From: Squalus acanthias
Taxonomy: Eukaryota
Reading direction: 5' to 3'
Assembly: GCA_030390025.1 (NCBI GenBank)
Contig: CM059431.1
Span: forward strand, 124,870,001-124,934,000
DNA: 64,000 nt
Positions 37,996-51,284 of this stretch are shown here, one piece after another; within the stretch, counting starts at the first letter, position 1, and the number at the start of each line of letters is the position of its first letter. The translations under genes and the position numbers were made by a program. The notes under the pieces are model-generated. The model saw only the letters and a list, made by a program, of their open reading frames with translations, made no database searches and had not been told where the DNA came from.

Positions 37996-38668
37996 GGAGA
38001 CGAAATTTGGTTCAGCCCCGTTTGGGGGTGGTAACTGAATTAGCGCCTCACATTTAGCGCCTGGGACGGGAGTACTGCCCTGGCCACTAAATTAGGCTTA
38101 CCGCCCTGGCGATGAAGCGGAGCGCTATCTCAGGTGCTCCACTTCCTCACGGGGCGGTGCATGGGGCGCAAAGCGCGGTCGTGCCGGAGCGCTACGCATA
38201 GCGCTGACGCGTTTCAGCACCCCTCCCCATTTAATGGCATCCACTAGTCCACCAGGGCGGCATGGTGCCATGGCCGCAGCCCGGCACCGAGACGCAGTGC
38301 CGGACGGCGTGATGGCAGCCACGGACCACGCCAAGGGCCGCCAAAATAAAAAATGTCGGCGCGGCGCGCATCTAGACCACCACTTTAATTAGCGCCCCGC
38401 CAGCCGTGTGCCACCCGGCGCGCGACCCGCGAGGCTGTTGCTGACATCACCCACAGCAACCTCGCTGGGCACAGCCAAATTTCCGCCGCAGGGCGCTAAG
38501 GGGTCGCATCGTCGCCGATGACGTCATCGCTGACGGTGCAGCGGCCCGGGGCGCTACCGGCGGGGGCACGGCACTATCGGATTTCTCCCAGCCGATAAGC
38601 CCTTTGCGCCCCATTAGCGCCCCCTGGAGGTGCTAACGGCCGGCGCAAGGAAGACGAATTTCTCCCCC
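37996..38668. mobile_element. Harbinger MITE (673 bp), 9 bp from the previous one
   Basis: TIR GGAGACGAAATT / AATTTCTCCCCC; TSD TTT. Confidence 0.85.
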
Positions 38669-39356
38669 TTTATCTGTTGAATTGCTTACTAAGCTATTTG
38701 AGCAGTCAGACCTTAAGGAAATGCTGCAAAAGATATTTAATACAAAATCTTTGGAACACCAGAGTTCATAAGGTACTCAATCAAGGGATGTTGGCTTTTG
38801 TCAGTATTTGATCTGCTTTTGCCCTTACACACACTATCAGGCATTTGTGATTTCTACTTCAGCACCTGTGACATAAATGACAGCTGCTCTTGTGTTACAT
38901 TTAGATATTACAGTTCAAATCAGGTATGGTACAGACAAACTACTTCTGGGTGACTATCATGTTTAGGGATTGTTGGCTATTTGATCCAGGAGGAATTTTT
39001 ATTTAAGTCACCACTCGTTTATGATCTAAACTCAAGTTTGAGAATTTAAAAGATTAATTTACAAAACTTCTTCCCACTTGTTTTTAACAGAGGGAAATGA
39101 TGGAGCCTCTGGGACAGAGGGGCATTGGTATGTTAATCAGATAGCCATTAACTTATCCATAATGAAAACAGATACTTAATTGGCCCGTATTTTCCGACGC
39201 CTACGGGTGTGTACGCGCTGTGTACACACCTCTCGGGACATCGGAAATGCCAGTTTAAGGCATGCGAAGCGCATGCGCTGAAAGTCGGCATTTCCGATCT
39301 GTCAAGAATCCTCTTGACAGATCGGACGCCTGCCCTAGAGAAGGGCCTCTGTGGAT

Positions 39357-40846
39357 GGCCTCTATTTTTTCTCCCCTTGTCCAGTCTCTTCCACCTACAT
39401 CCGCGACTCTTCCGACGCCCTCCGCCACTTTAACAGTTTCCAGTTTCCCAGCCCCAACCGCCTCCTTTTCACTATGGACGTACAATCCCTCTACACCTCC
39501 ATTCCCCTACCAGGATGGCCTGAGGGCGCTCCGCTTCTTCCTTGAACAGAGGCCCAACCAGTCCCCATCCACCACCACCTCCTCCACCTGGCTGAACTTG
39601 TTCTCACATTGAACAACTTCTCCTTTGACTCCACCCATTTCCTCCAAATCAAAGGTGTTGCTTTGGGTACCCGCATGGGTCCTAGCTATGCCTGTCTTTT
39701 CGTGGGATATGTGGAACACTCTTTGTTCCAGTCCTACTCAGGTCCCCTCCCTCACCTCTTTTTCTGGTATATTGATGACTGTATCGGTGCCGTCTCCTGC
39801 TCTCGCCCTGAACTAGAACATTTCATTCACTATGCTTCCAATTTTCACCCTTCCCTCACCTTCACATGGTCCATCTCCGACTCTTCCCTTCCCTTCCTCG
39901 ACTTCTCCGTCTCCATCTCTGGGGTTAGGTTATTGACAAACATTCACTACAAGCTCACTGACTCCCACAGCTACCTGGACTACACTTCCTCCCACTGTAG
40001 TGTTCCTCCTCCTGTAAGGACTCTATTCCATTCTCCCAGTTTCTCCGTCTCCGCCGCATCTGCTCTGACGATGCCACCTTCCATACCAGTGCTTCCGACA
40101 TGTCTTCCTTTTTCCTCAACCGAGGATTCCCCTCTACTGTGGTTGACACGGCCCTCGACCGTGTCCGTTCTATCTCCCGTACTTCTGCCCTCACCCCTGC
40201 CCCTCCCTCCCAGAACCACGATAGAGTTCCCCTTGTCCTCACCTTTCACCCCACCAGCCTCCACATTCAATGGATCATCCTCCGCCATTTCCGCCAGCTC
40301 CTGTGTGATCCCACCACCAAACGCATCTTCCCCTCACCTCCCCTTTCAGCATTCCGCAGGGACCGCTCCCTCCGCGACACCCTAGTCCACTCCTCTACCA
40401 CCCCCAGCACCCCTTCCCCTTCGCCCGGCCCCTTCCCATGCAAGCGCAGGAGTTGCAACACATGCCCTTATACCTCCCCTCTTCCCACTGTCCAGGGCCC
40501 CAAACACCCCTTCCAGGTGAAACAGCGAATTACTTGTACTTCCTGCAATTTAGTATACTGTATTCGCTGCTCACGATGTGGTCTCCTCTACACTGGGGAG
40601 ACCAAACGCAGATTGGGTGACCGCTTTGCGGAACACCTCCGTTCAGTCCGTAAGGGGGACCCCGAGCTCCCGGTGGCCTGTCACTTTAATTCTCCGCTCC
40701 ACTCCCACTCAGACCTCACCGTCCTCGGCCTATTACACTGTTCCACGGAAGCGCAGCGTAAGCTCGAGGAACAGCACCTCATCTTTCGTTTAGGCACCCT
40801 ACAGCCCTCTGGACTCAACATCGAGCACAACAATTTTAGATCATAA
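39357..40846 (+). pseudogene. Penelope RT plus GIY-YIG endonuclease, frameshifted
   Basis: TMDVQSLYTSIP, QIKGVALGTRMGPSYA, YIDD, then VYCIRCSRCGLLYTGETKRRLGDRFAEH and GLN. Confidence 0.93.
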
Positions 40847-41130
40847 CCTCAGCCGCTATCACATTTATATTTTTATTTTATTTTTTCATCCACCCTTTTG
40901 TTTGGCCCCCCCGCTTTTTTTTCCTCCCAGAAGCTGGCAGCTGTCCTTCATTCTGCCAGTGCATTTCACACTTCATTTAGCCTCAACCTGTCACATCAAC
41001 ACCTCCTCTTGCCTTGATCATCTCTTAATGTCTCTCAATGTCTCTTAATCTCTCCTTTTGTTCTTTCATCCCCTCCCCCTTTTCCCAGCTTTAACTTGCT
41101 TTAAATCTATTTCATTTCCTGCTTTTTTCC

Positions 41131-41167
41131 AGTTCTGACGAAAGGTCTTCGACCTGAAACGTTAACT
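41131..41167 (+). ncRNA. Minimal type I hammerhead ribozyme motif
   Basis: AGTT-CTGACGA-A-AGGTC(TTC)GACCT-GAAA-CG-TT-AACT: intact core, perfect stems I and II, palindromic ACGT stem III. Confidence 0.85.
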
Positions 41168-41408
41168 CTGTTTCTCTCTCCACGGATGCTGCCTGGCCTG
41201 CTGAGTTTTTCCAGCGTTTTCTGTTGTTATTTCGGATTTCCAGCATCCGCAGTATTTTGCTATCGTAAAAGAACGTTTGAGATCAGCTACCCCTCTACCT
41301 TTACATGATGAAAGCAGTATATCTATAACCTCATATCAGCTGTCTGATGACCAGGGAGTTAGCTCTCAAATGCTTCCATTCATCTGCTTCACTCAATCTA
41401 GTTAGAGG

Positions 41409-41560
41409 AGAAAGTTGCACACAATGCCTGTGAAAGGCAGGACACTGGAGGGAGAATTCTGGACTTCAGAGAAATGATCATCTGTGAGGAGCAGGCCATG
41501 CAGCTGCTGGGGGTGGGAGGGTGGGGGAGGGGGAGGGAGGGCAATCTGATCTTGCAACGA
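41409..41560 (+). pseudogene. Old Harbinger Myb-gene exon 2 remnant
   Basis: Translates EKVAHNACERQDTGGRILDFREMIICEEQAMQLL, matching the exon 2 pattern of elements A, C, E and F. Confidence 0.6.
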
Positions 41561-42253
41561 GCGATGATGAGATCAGTGGGACAACTGAAGTAGCAGGTTA
41601 GTGGGTACAAATCATGAGAGTTTCCATTATATACCTATGCAACAGCACACAACCAAAACCTTGCACATCCTTCTCTGCATCTGTAATCCAGGTTATATTC
41701 ATCCATTCTTAGTTTATACCCTCATTGCTGCATAGAGGCGAGGGGAAGTGGGTGGAGGGGGGTTGGGGGGAGGAGAAGATAAATAGGAGGAAAATTATGA
41801 TGAAGAGGAATTGGATATAATAAGCCTGGTCTTCCTTATCGACTATGATGATTATGATGAAAGTAAGCATTGTGGTGTTGAAGAAAAATCCACAGGAGTC
41901 CCCGGAGAAACATTCTGCCATATGTTCCTCTACCACAACCTCCTCAATATCACCCCCTACATCGCTCCCATGCACCAGCTCAAATACTTTCACCCAGGGG
42001 GATATTAGTTACTGTTAGTGATATGACAACAGATGATTCACAGAGTATGAGGAAGTCAGAGTGGTGGGGAGTGGATGAAGTAATGACAACTTCCCAGAGG
42101 AGATAGAGGCGAAGACTGTCCCTGACCTCAAAGTAATGGGATCCAGAATCATGGACATTCACCTGAAAAGAATGATGTTTGAGGAACATCACACCTGCAT
42201 GCAGGCTCTGAGGTCAGTCTGAGGATGGGTAGGAACTGACAGTTAAGAATCTG

Positions 42254-42989
42254 GGGGGAGAAATTGGCTTCCTTTGTGCCTCCCATTAGCGCCTCCGGGG
42301 AGCGTTAACGAAATGCTACCAGCTTTGCAACTGGGCGCAGCGAGAGTACCGACACCCGCAAACTTACCCTGCAGGTTAGCGGTGGCAGTAAACCCTAACG
42401 CCATAATCTCCTGCGCCCCGGAGATCGTGACATCATCGGTGCACAGCGCCCCGGTACCGCCCGGATGCGACCTTGGCTTCCGGCACCTGCAGCATCGCCG
42501 GGCGTCAACACCGGCAGCTGCAGGAGGCGTTGTCATGGCTGCTTGGGGAGCGGTAGTTAAAGGGATTGCCGGTGAGGTAGGCGAAAATTGTTTCATCAAG
42601 ACCCTGTGCTTTTTTTCCTTTTTTTCCGGTGCCGCGCTTGATCAGCCCTGCACTCTGTTAGAGTGCTTGGGGCTGATTGATGCCGATTGGAGGTGCCGTC
42701 GGTGATCAGGGGATTTGTTTTCTTGCAGAGCCTGCAGCGATGGCCCTTCTCTTTAAGGGAGGGAAGGAGCCTTCCAATGTGCCAGTGCTGCACGGCCCAT
42801 TGTGCAGCGCTGCTCACCTACCACCCCGCCTGCTGCCTGTTGAGCTCCAGGAAGGAAGCGGAGTGCACCACTTCCTCCCTGGAGCGCAAAACCGAATGTT
42901 TTTAAAGTTGAAAAGCATTTGCGACTGGCTCATCTTTTCAACTTTTAAAAGTTAGCGCCCCAAACGGGGCTCTAATGAATTTCTGCCCC
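42254..42989. mobile_element. Harbinger MITE (736 bp)
   Basis: TIR GGGGGAGAAATT / AATTTCTGCCCC; flanks CTG/TTG (one mismatch). Confidence 0.85.
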
Positions 42990-43137
42990 TTGAGTCTAAA
43001 ACTCTAATTTGCTGATTTTTTTTTGTAGTTGTCGGCATTAATGGAGCACCTAGCAGCTTCAATGGAATCTGCAGCAGCTCCCTACCTCAAAAGCTGTCTA
43101 GGACCAATTGATGAGTCCGCTTCCACAGAAACACAGA

Positions 43138-44027
43138 GGGGGAAAAACTCAGTTGGTTTGCGCCTCCCGTTAGCGCCTTAAGAGGGCGCTAATGGGGCGC
43201 AAAGCAACTAGTGCCCGGGCGCGGCGATGTTTGCGCCGCTCACAAAATTAACTAGACATTTTGCAGCGGCGCTAAACACTACCGCCACGATCTCCTGCGC
43301 CGGCAGATCGTGACGTCAGTTGAGTGCGCAACGCCCCGGTAGCGCCCCGGACCGGATATTGAGTGGCGTCCCCTGCCTTACCGCCTGCCGCTGGCAACGA
43401 CAGGTTGAGGGGCGCGTTTTGCAGTCAGGAAGGGACTGGGGGACAGCTATTTAAAGGCGACCGCTTCCTGCCTTTTTTTGTTGGTGACATTTTTGCACAA
43501 CGCATTCTGAGAGAGAGAGAGATTTCTGGAGAGATTCAATGCTGTGTGAAGGAGTTTTGGTTACTGAGCAGCACTTTGCAGGTTCATTTTGATTTGCCCT
43601 TCCTTGTATCGATTTAGAAGAGACTGTGGGGGCTGCACTCTGAGCTCTTTCCCTGGGACTCTCCATTGTTCTTTCCAGCAGATTTGATGTACAGGTCTCT
43701 CCAGGCCGAGATTCAAGGCTGCAATGAGCAGGATGTGGATGGAGAGCAAGATCAACCCGCCCCTTTAAGAACTGGCTGGCGCCATTGTGTCTGTGTTCCA
43801 TTGCTGACTGACATCACATGAGCTTCGCCAGCGCTCTGAGTTAGCGCCTCGCTCCTCGGCCTTTGCGCCTTAAGACAAGTGTGAAGCACCTGATTTAGCG
43901 CTCCAATCACCTCCAGGAGTGATAAAAGTCAAGTTTGCAGTCGGAGGCAATAATTAGCGCCAGGCGCTAATCTTTGCGCCCGGTCGATAATTGCGCCCCA
44001 AATGGGGCGACACTAAATTTTTCCCCC
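43138..44027. mobile_element. Harbinger MITE, family X copy 2 (890 bp)
   Basis: Colinear and highly similar to 37093-37986, same orientation, different TSD (AGA). Confidence 0.92.
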
Positions 44028-44544
44028 AGACTGTTTCCCTAGTGACAGTTGGGGACAGATCAGACAGCACCCTTTGGATTAGCTTGCAGACACTGGTTGC
44101 CAGGATGCAGGCAACTGTCAGGATCAGATAGCTACCATTTGAACCGTCAGTCTCTGATCGGTGGACATATAGATACAGGGCCGAATAAAATGGCAATGGC
44201 TGGAGGTAACCTGCATGTGGCTGTTGCTTCTCAACCCAGTAGCATATGCCAGGCATTTGGCATTCCCCGTCAGAGCATCATGCATGTGGTACCAAGGAGG
44301 TGCCATCAGGCTGCCTTGGCATAGGTTCCAGAGAGGAAACCAGCAGCGGCTTTCCCCCAGGACCAAATTGCCATGACAGGAACATCATCTTTGAGAATTA
44401 ACCTATTGTACCATAGGAGAAGTCAGACGCCTCTTGCAATTTTGGCTCTCCAGATGTGTTTTGGAGAAGCACTAGAATGGGAGAAAGATACCTAGGGGAA
44501 GCATAATATGAGCAAAAAATAGGATGCCTTATTTTTACTTTTGA

Positions 44545-47500
44545 GTTACATAGAATTACATAGAATATACGGCACAGAAACAGGCCATTCAGCCCAACCA
44601 GTCCATGCCGGCGTTTATGCTCCACTTGAAGCTCCTCCCATCCTTCCTCATCTAAATCTATCAGCAGAACCCTCTATTCTCTTCTCCCTCATATGCTTAT
44701 CTAGCTTCCCCTTAAATGCATCTATACTATTCGCCTCAACTACTCCCTGTGGTAGCGAGTTCCACATTCTCAGCATTCTCTGGGTAAAGAAGTTTCTTCT
44801 GAATTCCCTATTTGATTTCTTGGTGACAATCTTATATTGATGGCCTCTAGTTTTGCTCTTCCCCACAAGTGGAAACACTCTCCCTGTGTCTACTCTATCA
44901 AAACCTTTCATAATTTTAAAGACCTTTATTAGGTCACCCCCTCAGCTTTCTCTTTACTTGAGAAAAGAGACTCAGCCTATTCATTCTTTCCTGATAAGTA
45001 CAACTTCGCAGTTCTGGTATTATCCTTGTAAATCTTTTTTGAACCCGCTCCAGTGTCACTATATCCTTTTTATAATATGGCAACCAGACTGTACACAGTA
45101 CTCCAAGTGTGGTCTAAGCAAGGTTCGCTACAAATTTCGCATAACTTCTCTACTTTTCAATTCTATCCCTCTAGAAATAAACCATAGTGCTTGGTTTACT
45201 TTGTTATGGCCTTATTGACCTGCGTCGTAACATTTAGTGATTTGTGAATTTGTACTCCCTTTGTTCCTCTACCCCATTTAAATTCTTATTTTCCAATTAA
45301 TATGTGACCTCCTTATATTTCTTACCAAAATGTGATACCTCACACTTATCTACATTGACATTAATTTATTAATGTCTTGTAATTTGTTGCAGTCCTCCCC
45401 AGTGTCCCAATTAGTGTTGTCCAAAAAATTAGAACTGTGGTCCCAGCACTGATCCTTGTGGAACAGTACTTCCCACCTTCTGCCACTCTGATTAGTTACC
45501 CTTTACCCCTATTCTCTGCATTCCGTCTTTCAACTATCCAGCTATCCACTCAGCTACTTGTCCCCTGACTCTGCATGCTCTGACCTTATTCATTAATCTA
45601 TTATGTGGCACCTTATTCAAGCCCTTTTGGAAATCTAGACAAATTATATCTACTGCATTACCCTTGTCTACTCTTTCTGTTACCTCTTCAAAGAATTCAA
45701 TGAGGTTGGTTAAGCAAGATTTTCCCTTTCTAATCCATGTTGACTATTCATTATTATATTTATGGTTTCTAGATGTTTTTCTATTTTCACATTTAGTCGG
45801 GATTCCATTATTTTTCCTATTACCGATGTTTAGCTGACTGGTCTATAGATCCCTGGGCATGTTCTATCTCCCTCTTAAGGTGCTCAACCACATCATCACC
45901 TCCCCCTTTGATGCCCTAGTCCCCATTAAAACCAGTACTCACTTTCACCCTGGCCATTCCCCCTGGTACAGCCCTTATCTCCACTCCCTTAAGTCTAAGG
46001 GAAGCAGGCTTGAACAGACACGGCGGACAAATAGTTTAGCTATTTACCGCCAGATCTGGCTGGACCGCATAAAGCACAATCGGGTTCTGCTCTCGTCTGC
46101 CAAAACTGCTCACTACTCCAGGATCATCCTGGAATGCAAAGGTAACCCCAGGCTTCTTTTCTCTACTGCAAACCGTCTTCTTAAACCCCTCTCTCCTGTC
46201 TCCTCCACCCCCACCTCCTAACACAAGTGCCAGGAGCTCATGGACCTCTTTGTCACTAAGACCATCTGATCAGCTACCTCTGCCATTTCCCTCTGTTCCC
46301 CTAGCCCACTAGACCAAACCTCCTCTAAGGTTCCTCCGTGCCCTAGCCCTGAACTCACATCTTTCTTCAGTTTCTCTCCTCATGCCCTGTCTGAGCTCAT
46401 CTTGTCCACTAGACCCACTTCCTCCTCCCTCGTCACTATTCTGACTAAACTGCTGAACATCCAAATTCCATTCCTGGCTCCCATGTTAGCTGATATTGTT
46501 AACGGTTCTCTCCCCTCAGGTACTATCCCCCTCTCCTTCAAATTTGCCATCATCACCCCTCTCCTCAAAAAAAAACCTTGACCCCTTCTTCCTTGCAAAC
46601 TACCACCTGCAACTCTAACCTGCCATACCCCTCTAAAGTCCTTGAATGTGTTGTCGCCTCCCAAATCCGTGCCCTTCTTTAGCGGAACTCCATGTTGGAA
46701 TCCCTCCAATCAAGTTTACGCCCCTGCCACATTACCAAAACGGCTAATATCAAAGTCACAAATGACATTCTATGTGACTGTGACAAAGGTAAACTATCCC
46801 TCTTTATCCGTCTGACCTGTCTACAGCCTTTGACAGGGCTGATCAAACCATCCCCCACCAACGCCTCTCCACTGTCGTCCAGCTGGGTGGGAATGCACTC
46901 GCCTAATTCCATTCTTATCTATCTAATTGTAACCAAAGAATCACCTGCAATGGCTTCTCCTCCCACTCCTGCAATGTTACCTCTGGTGTCCCCCCAAGGA
47001 TCTATCCTTGGCCCCCCTCCTATTTCTCATCTACAGGATGTCCCTCGGTGATATCTTCGAAAGCAAAGCATCAGTTTCCACATGTACGCTGACGACACCC
47101 AGCTCTAACTTACCACCACCTCACTCGAACCCTCCCCGTCTCTAAGTTGTCAGACTGCTTGTCCGAGATCCCGTACTGGATGAGTAGAAATTTCCTCCAA
47201 TTAAATATTGGGAAGACTGAAGCCATTGTCATCGGGCCCCGCCACAAACTCTGTTCCCTAGCCACTGATTCCAACCCTTTTCCTGGAAACTGTCTGAGGC
47301 TGAACTAGACTGTTCGCAATCTTGGTGTTATATTTCACTCCAAGATGAGCTTCCAATCGCATATCCACACCATCACTAAGACCTCCTATTTCTGCCTCCG
47401 GAACATTACTCAACTGCGCCCTTGCCTTAGTTCATCTGCTGCTGAAACCCTCATCCAGGCCTTTGTTACCTCTAGACTTGACTATTCCAATGCACTCCTG

Positions 47501-49678
47501 GCTGGTCTCCCATATTCTACCCTACATAAACTTGAGGTTATCCAAAGCTCTGCTGCCCGTGTCCTAACTTGCACCAAGTAACATTCACCCGTCACCCCTG
47601 TGCTCGCTGACCTACACTGGCTCCTGGTTATGTAACGCTTTGGTTTTAAAATTCTCATCCTTGTTTTCAAATCCCTCCATGGCCTCGCCCCTCCCTATCT
47701 CTGTAATCTCCTCCAGCCCCACAACCATCCGCGATATCTGCGCTCCTTTAATTCTGGCCTCTTGAGCATCCCGATTTCAATCACTCCACCATTGATGGTC
47801 ATGCGTTCAGCTGCCAAGGCCCTAAGCTCTGGATTTTCCTCCCTAAATCTCTCCGCCTCTCTACCTTTCTTTCCTCCTTTAAGACGTTCCTTAAAACCTA
47901 CCTCTTTGACCAAGCTTTTGGTCATCTGCCCTAATATCTCCTTATGTGGCTCTGTGTCAAATTTTGTTTGATAATGCTCCTATGAAGCACCTTGGGACAT
48001 TTTACTACATTAAAGGTGCTATATAAATACAAGTTGTTATTGTTGTTGTAAATATATTTATAACGTTAGCTATCCGCCAGTCCACTGGCACTACACCTAT
48101 TTCCAATGAATTATTAAATATGTGTAATTGTGCCTCAGCTATCTCTTCTCTAGATTCATTAGAATGTGCAGATGCAATCCGCCCAGACCAATGGTTTTAT
48201 CCTCTTTGAGTTTGATTAGTTTATTTAATATTTCTCCTCTTTTGATTTAAATGCGGTTATATAATTTCTAATCTTATCTTCTGATGTCATGTCCACTTGA
48301 TCCGTCTCCCTTGTAAATACTGAAGCAAAATAATTATTTAATATTTCTGCCATTTGACTATCGCTGCCTGTTATTTTATCCTAACCATCCTTAATGGCCC
48401 TATTCCCATCCCGACTTTCCTTTTTTTATTTATGTGCTTGTAGAATATTTTACTATTTTGTTTCATGTTTGTTTTCCTTGATAATGAAATTTCATAGTTC
48501 CTCTTTGCCTTCCTAATTGTTTATTTGACCTAGTCTCTTCGTATTCTCGCTTGTTTTGCTCTCCTCTGCTGTCCATGTACTTAGTGTATGTCCCTTTCCT
48601 GACCCTAAATTTTTCTTTTATGTCTTTATTCATCTATTGTCTCTCATTAGTGTTTAGTTTGTTCTTGATTTTGGTGAAATATATTTTTTCTGGGCTCTGT
48701 TGAACACTGTTTTAAATGTTTCCCATTGTTATTCTATGTCATTATTTTCCAATATTGTTGTCCATTTTATTTTCCCAAGTTCTATACTCAACCCTTCAAA
48801 ATCAGCTTTTCTCCAATCTATTACCCTGGTCTTTGTCATACGTATGTCCTTCTCAATTATTATCTTAAAGCGTATTATATTATGGTCACTATTGCCTAGA
48901 TGTTCCCCTACTTTTACTTCTCTTATCTGCTCTGGTTCATTCTCCATTACGAGATCTAGTAGTGAATCTCCCTTGTTGGGCTTCTTACATATTTGGTTAG
49001 AAAGGAGTTCTGTTCACATTGCAGGAACTCCATTCTCTTATTCCCTTTACCTACCTCTTCCGACCAATTCATTTCAGGGTATTTGAAAGCCCCCATGATT
49101 ATTATTCTATTTTTTTTGCATATTTCTTCCTCCACCTCCCTTCCACTATTAGGTGGTCTGAAGACTACCCCTATTAGTGTGATTGATCCTTTTTTATCTT
49201 ATCGCTATCCACATGGATTCTATTTCTGTTTTACTGATGGCTGTGTTACTTTTTTTCTACTCCCATTATGTTATCTCTAATACGTACAGCGACTCCACCT
49301 CCCTTTTTTTCCTATCTATCTTTTCAAAATATTTTATACCCTGCAGCGTTTAATTCCCAGTCCTGATTTTTCTGTAGCCATGTCTCAGTAATCCCAGCTA
49401 TGTCTGGTTCCTCGCAATGTATTATTGCCTCCAGTTCCCCTGTTTTATTACAGACACTGTGTGCATTGCTGTACAGTCAGTTTAATTCAGTTTTAATTGC
49501 AATTCCTGTCACTTTATTTTTAACCATCTTTTTACACTCCTGTTCTATAGCTCTAGTTGTTCCTGGGCCATTTATATCCTCCCTTAGTTTAGTCTATCCC
49601 ATGTTCTTATTTCTTGTTTCATTTAAATTTAAGCTTGTTTCATTTCTTGTAGATCCCACCCCCCACTTTACTAGTTTA
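44545..49678 (-). mobile_element. Degenerate CR1 LINE (ORF2 span) interrupted by an L2 insertion
   Basis: 3' tail at 44545, C-terminal ORF 44648-44911 and APE fragments 48729-49450; CR1 sequence stops at ~45877 and resumes at ~48049. Confidence 0.88.
45878..48048 (+). mobile_element. L2-clade LINE, 5'-truncated, nested in CR1
   Basis: GVPQGSILGP-like block, MYADDTQL at ~47082 and AFVTSRLDYSNALL; tail GCTATATAAATACAAG(TTG)n. Confidence 0.9.
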
Positions 49679-50719
49679 AAGCCTTTGTTGCTTGTAATAA
49701 AGGTGAATGCACTTATTTTGTGCTCAGATACTTGTGGAAATTACAGTGACACAGTAAAAAGTGCACCTACATAATGCTCAGCTATTTATTCATATGTTGA
49801 TGTGCATGGTCATGTAAGATGGAAGAGGTCCGATGTGATAAATGAACTAGGATGGTACTGGATTGAAGGATTTGAAATTTATGTGAGGTAGGGATAAGGA
49901 ATTCTTGCAGTTGTGACAAAGGTAGACTGTGTTAAACAGATGAGAGCACTCATTGATCAATTTAGTTCTGATGCCCCCTTGCAATCATCACTGAGGAGTC
50001 CTCTGAGTGATGGTCCTATTGGTCCACTCCATGTTCTAAGCTCTTTTATCTACAAAGCAGCTAGGGCCACCTCCCTTAAAAATCTCTGTGTTTAGAACTT
50101 TTCGGAAGGCAAAATTGTGCCGGATGCAGGAGATTACAACTACGCACACCGCACGCACTGACTCACTGACTATATCGCAGAGTCTCTTCTGATTTATCAA
50201 AACAGCAAAAATGCCTCTTTCTCAATGACAACTCTGGTTGAGGCTTGTGCTTATTGTAGTGTTCATCAGCTGCTGGTCTTGCAAGTCTTAAAGGGGTATT
50301 TATCTACAGAAGAAAGATCTACGCCTTGTCACCAATGTTGCTCGCAATTAATTTTTGGGCCATGCGGCCCCTTTAATGGGCTGCGTGGCCCATTCAAAAG
50401 TCCGTACATGTGCGTTTTTTTCAATTTAAAAGCTGGCTTACCAGCTGTGCAGCTTAAAGAGAGCATTGCTTCTCACCCACAAACCATCTATTCATTTGAC
50501 TATCTACCTCGAAGATCTCAGGGAGCACAGAATTACTGAGGATGAACGCAACCCGGCAACATTTAGCAAATCTGGTGTATATTTGAAGGATTCCCTGTAT
50601 TTGTTGTACACAATCTGGACATTCAGCGACTGGTACCTCGTTCAATTAATAAAGTTGAAGCGGTTCATGGTAGGAGCTAATAATACTTTGTGCGTGCCAT
50701 CTATTGTGCCCTGAGCTTT

Positions 50720-51161
50720 GTGTCAGCCGTGGCTCAGTTGGTAGCACTCTCAGAAAGTTGAATTTTCAAGTCCCACTCCAGAGACTTGAGCACAAATTCG
50801 AGGCTGGCATGTCAGTGCAATATTGAGGGAATGCTGTATTGTCAGAGGTGCCATCTATCGGATGAGATGTCTGGCCCTCTCAGGTGGACGTAAATGATCC
50901 CATGGCACTATATTGAAGAAGAGCAAGGGAGTTCTCCCCAGTGTCCTGGCCAATATTTATCCCTCAGCGAACTCCTAGAAACAGATTACCTGGTCATGAT
51001 CACATTACTGTTTATGGAACTTTGCTGTGTGCAAATTGGCTGCCGCATTTCCTACAGTACAACAGTGACTACACTCAAAAGTACTTCATTGGTTGTAAAA
51101 TACTTTGGGATGCCTGAGGTGGTGAAAAGTGTGATATAAATGCAGGTCTTTCTTTTTCTTT
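50720..51161 (+). mobile_element. tRNA-derived Deu-domain SINE (SacSINE1-like), second copy
   Basis: Colinear with the reverse complement of 14235-14695. Confidence 0.8.
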
Positions 51162-51284
51162 GTTTGGGCATTCCATCAATGCAATGAAATTGGATAGCCC
51201 TACCACACTACTGCCTTCCTCTCATGCCAAACTGAGTGATTCCCCAGCTTCTAAAATATGTATCACTAACCTAACGAATGCATG

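Larger units (their letters stand above)
39357..41262 (+). mobile_element. Penelope-like retroelement, 5'-truncated
   Basis: RT and GIY-YIG coding remnants followed by a 3' region with a hammerhead motif. It abuts a Harbinger-like left end at ~39183-39350. Confidence 0.93.

Noticed and set aside
37093..44027. The two ~890-bp direct repeats as LTRs of one retroelement, or as a segmental duplication
   Set aside because: Each has its own TIRs and a different 3-bp TSD; no gag/pol lies between them and the flanks are unrelated.
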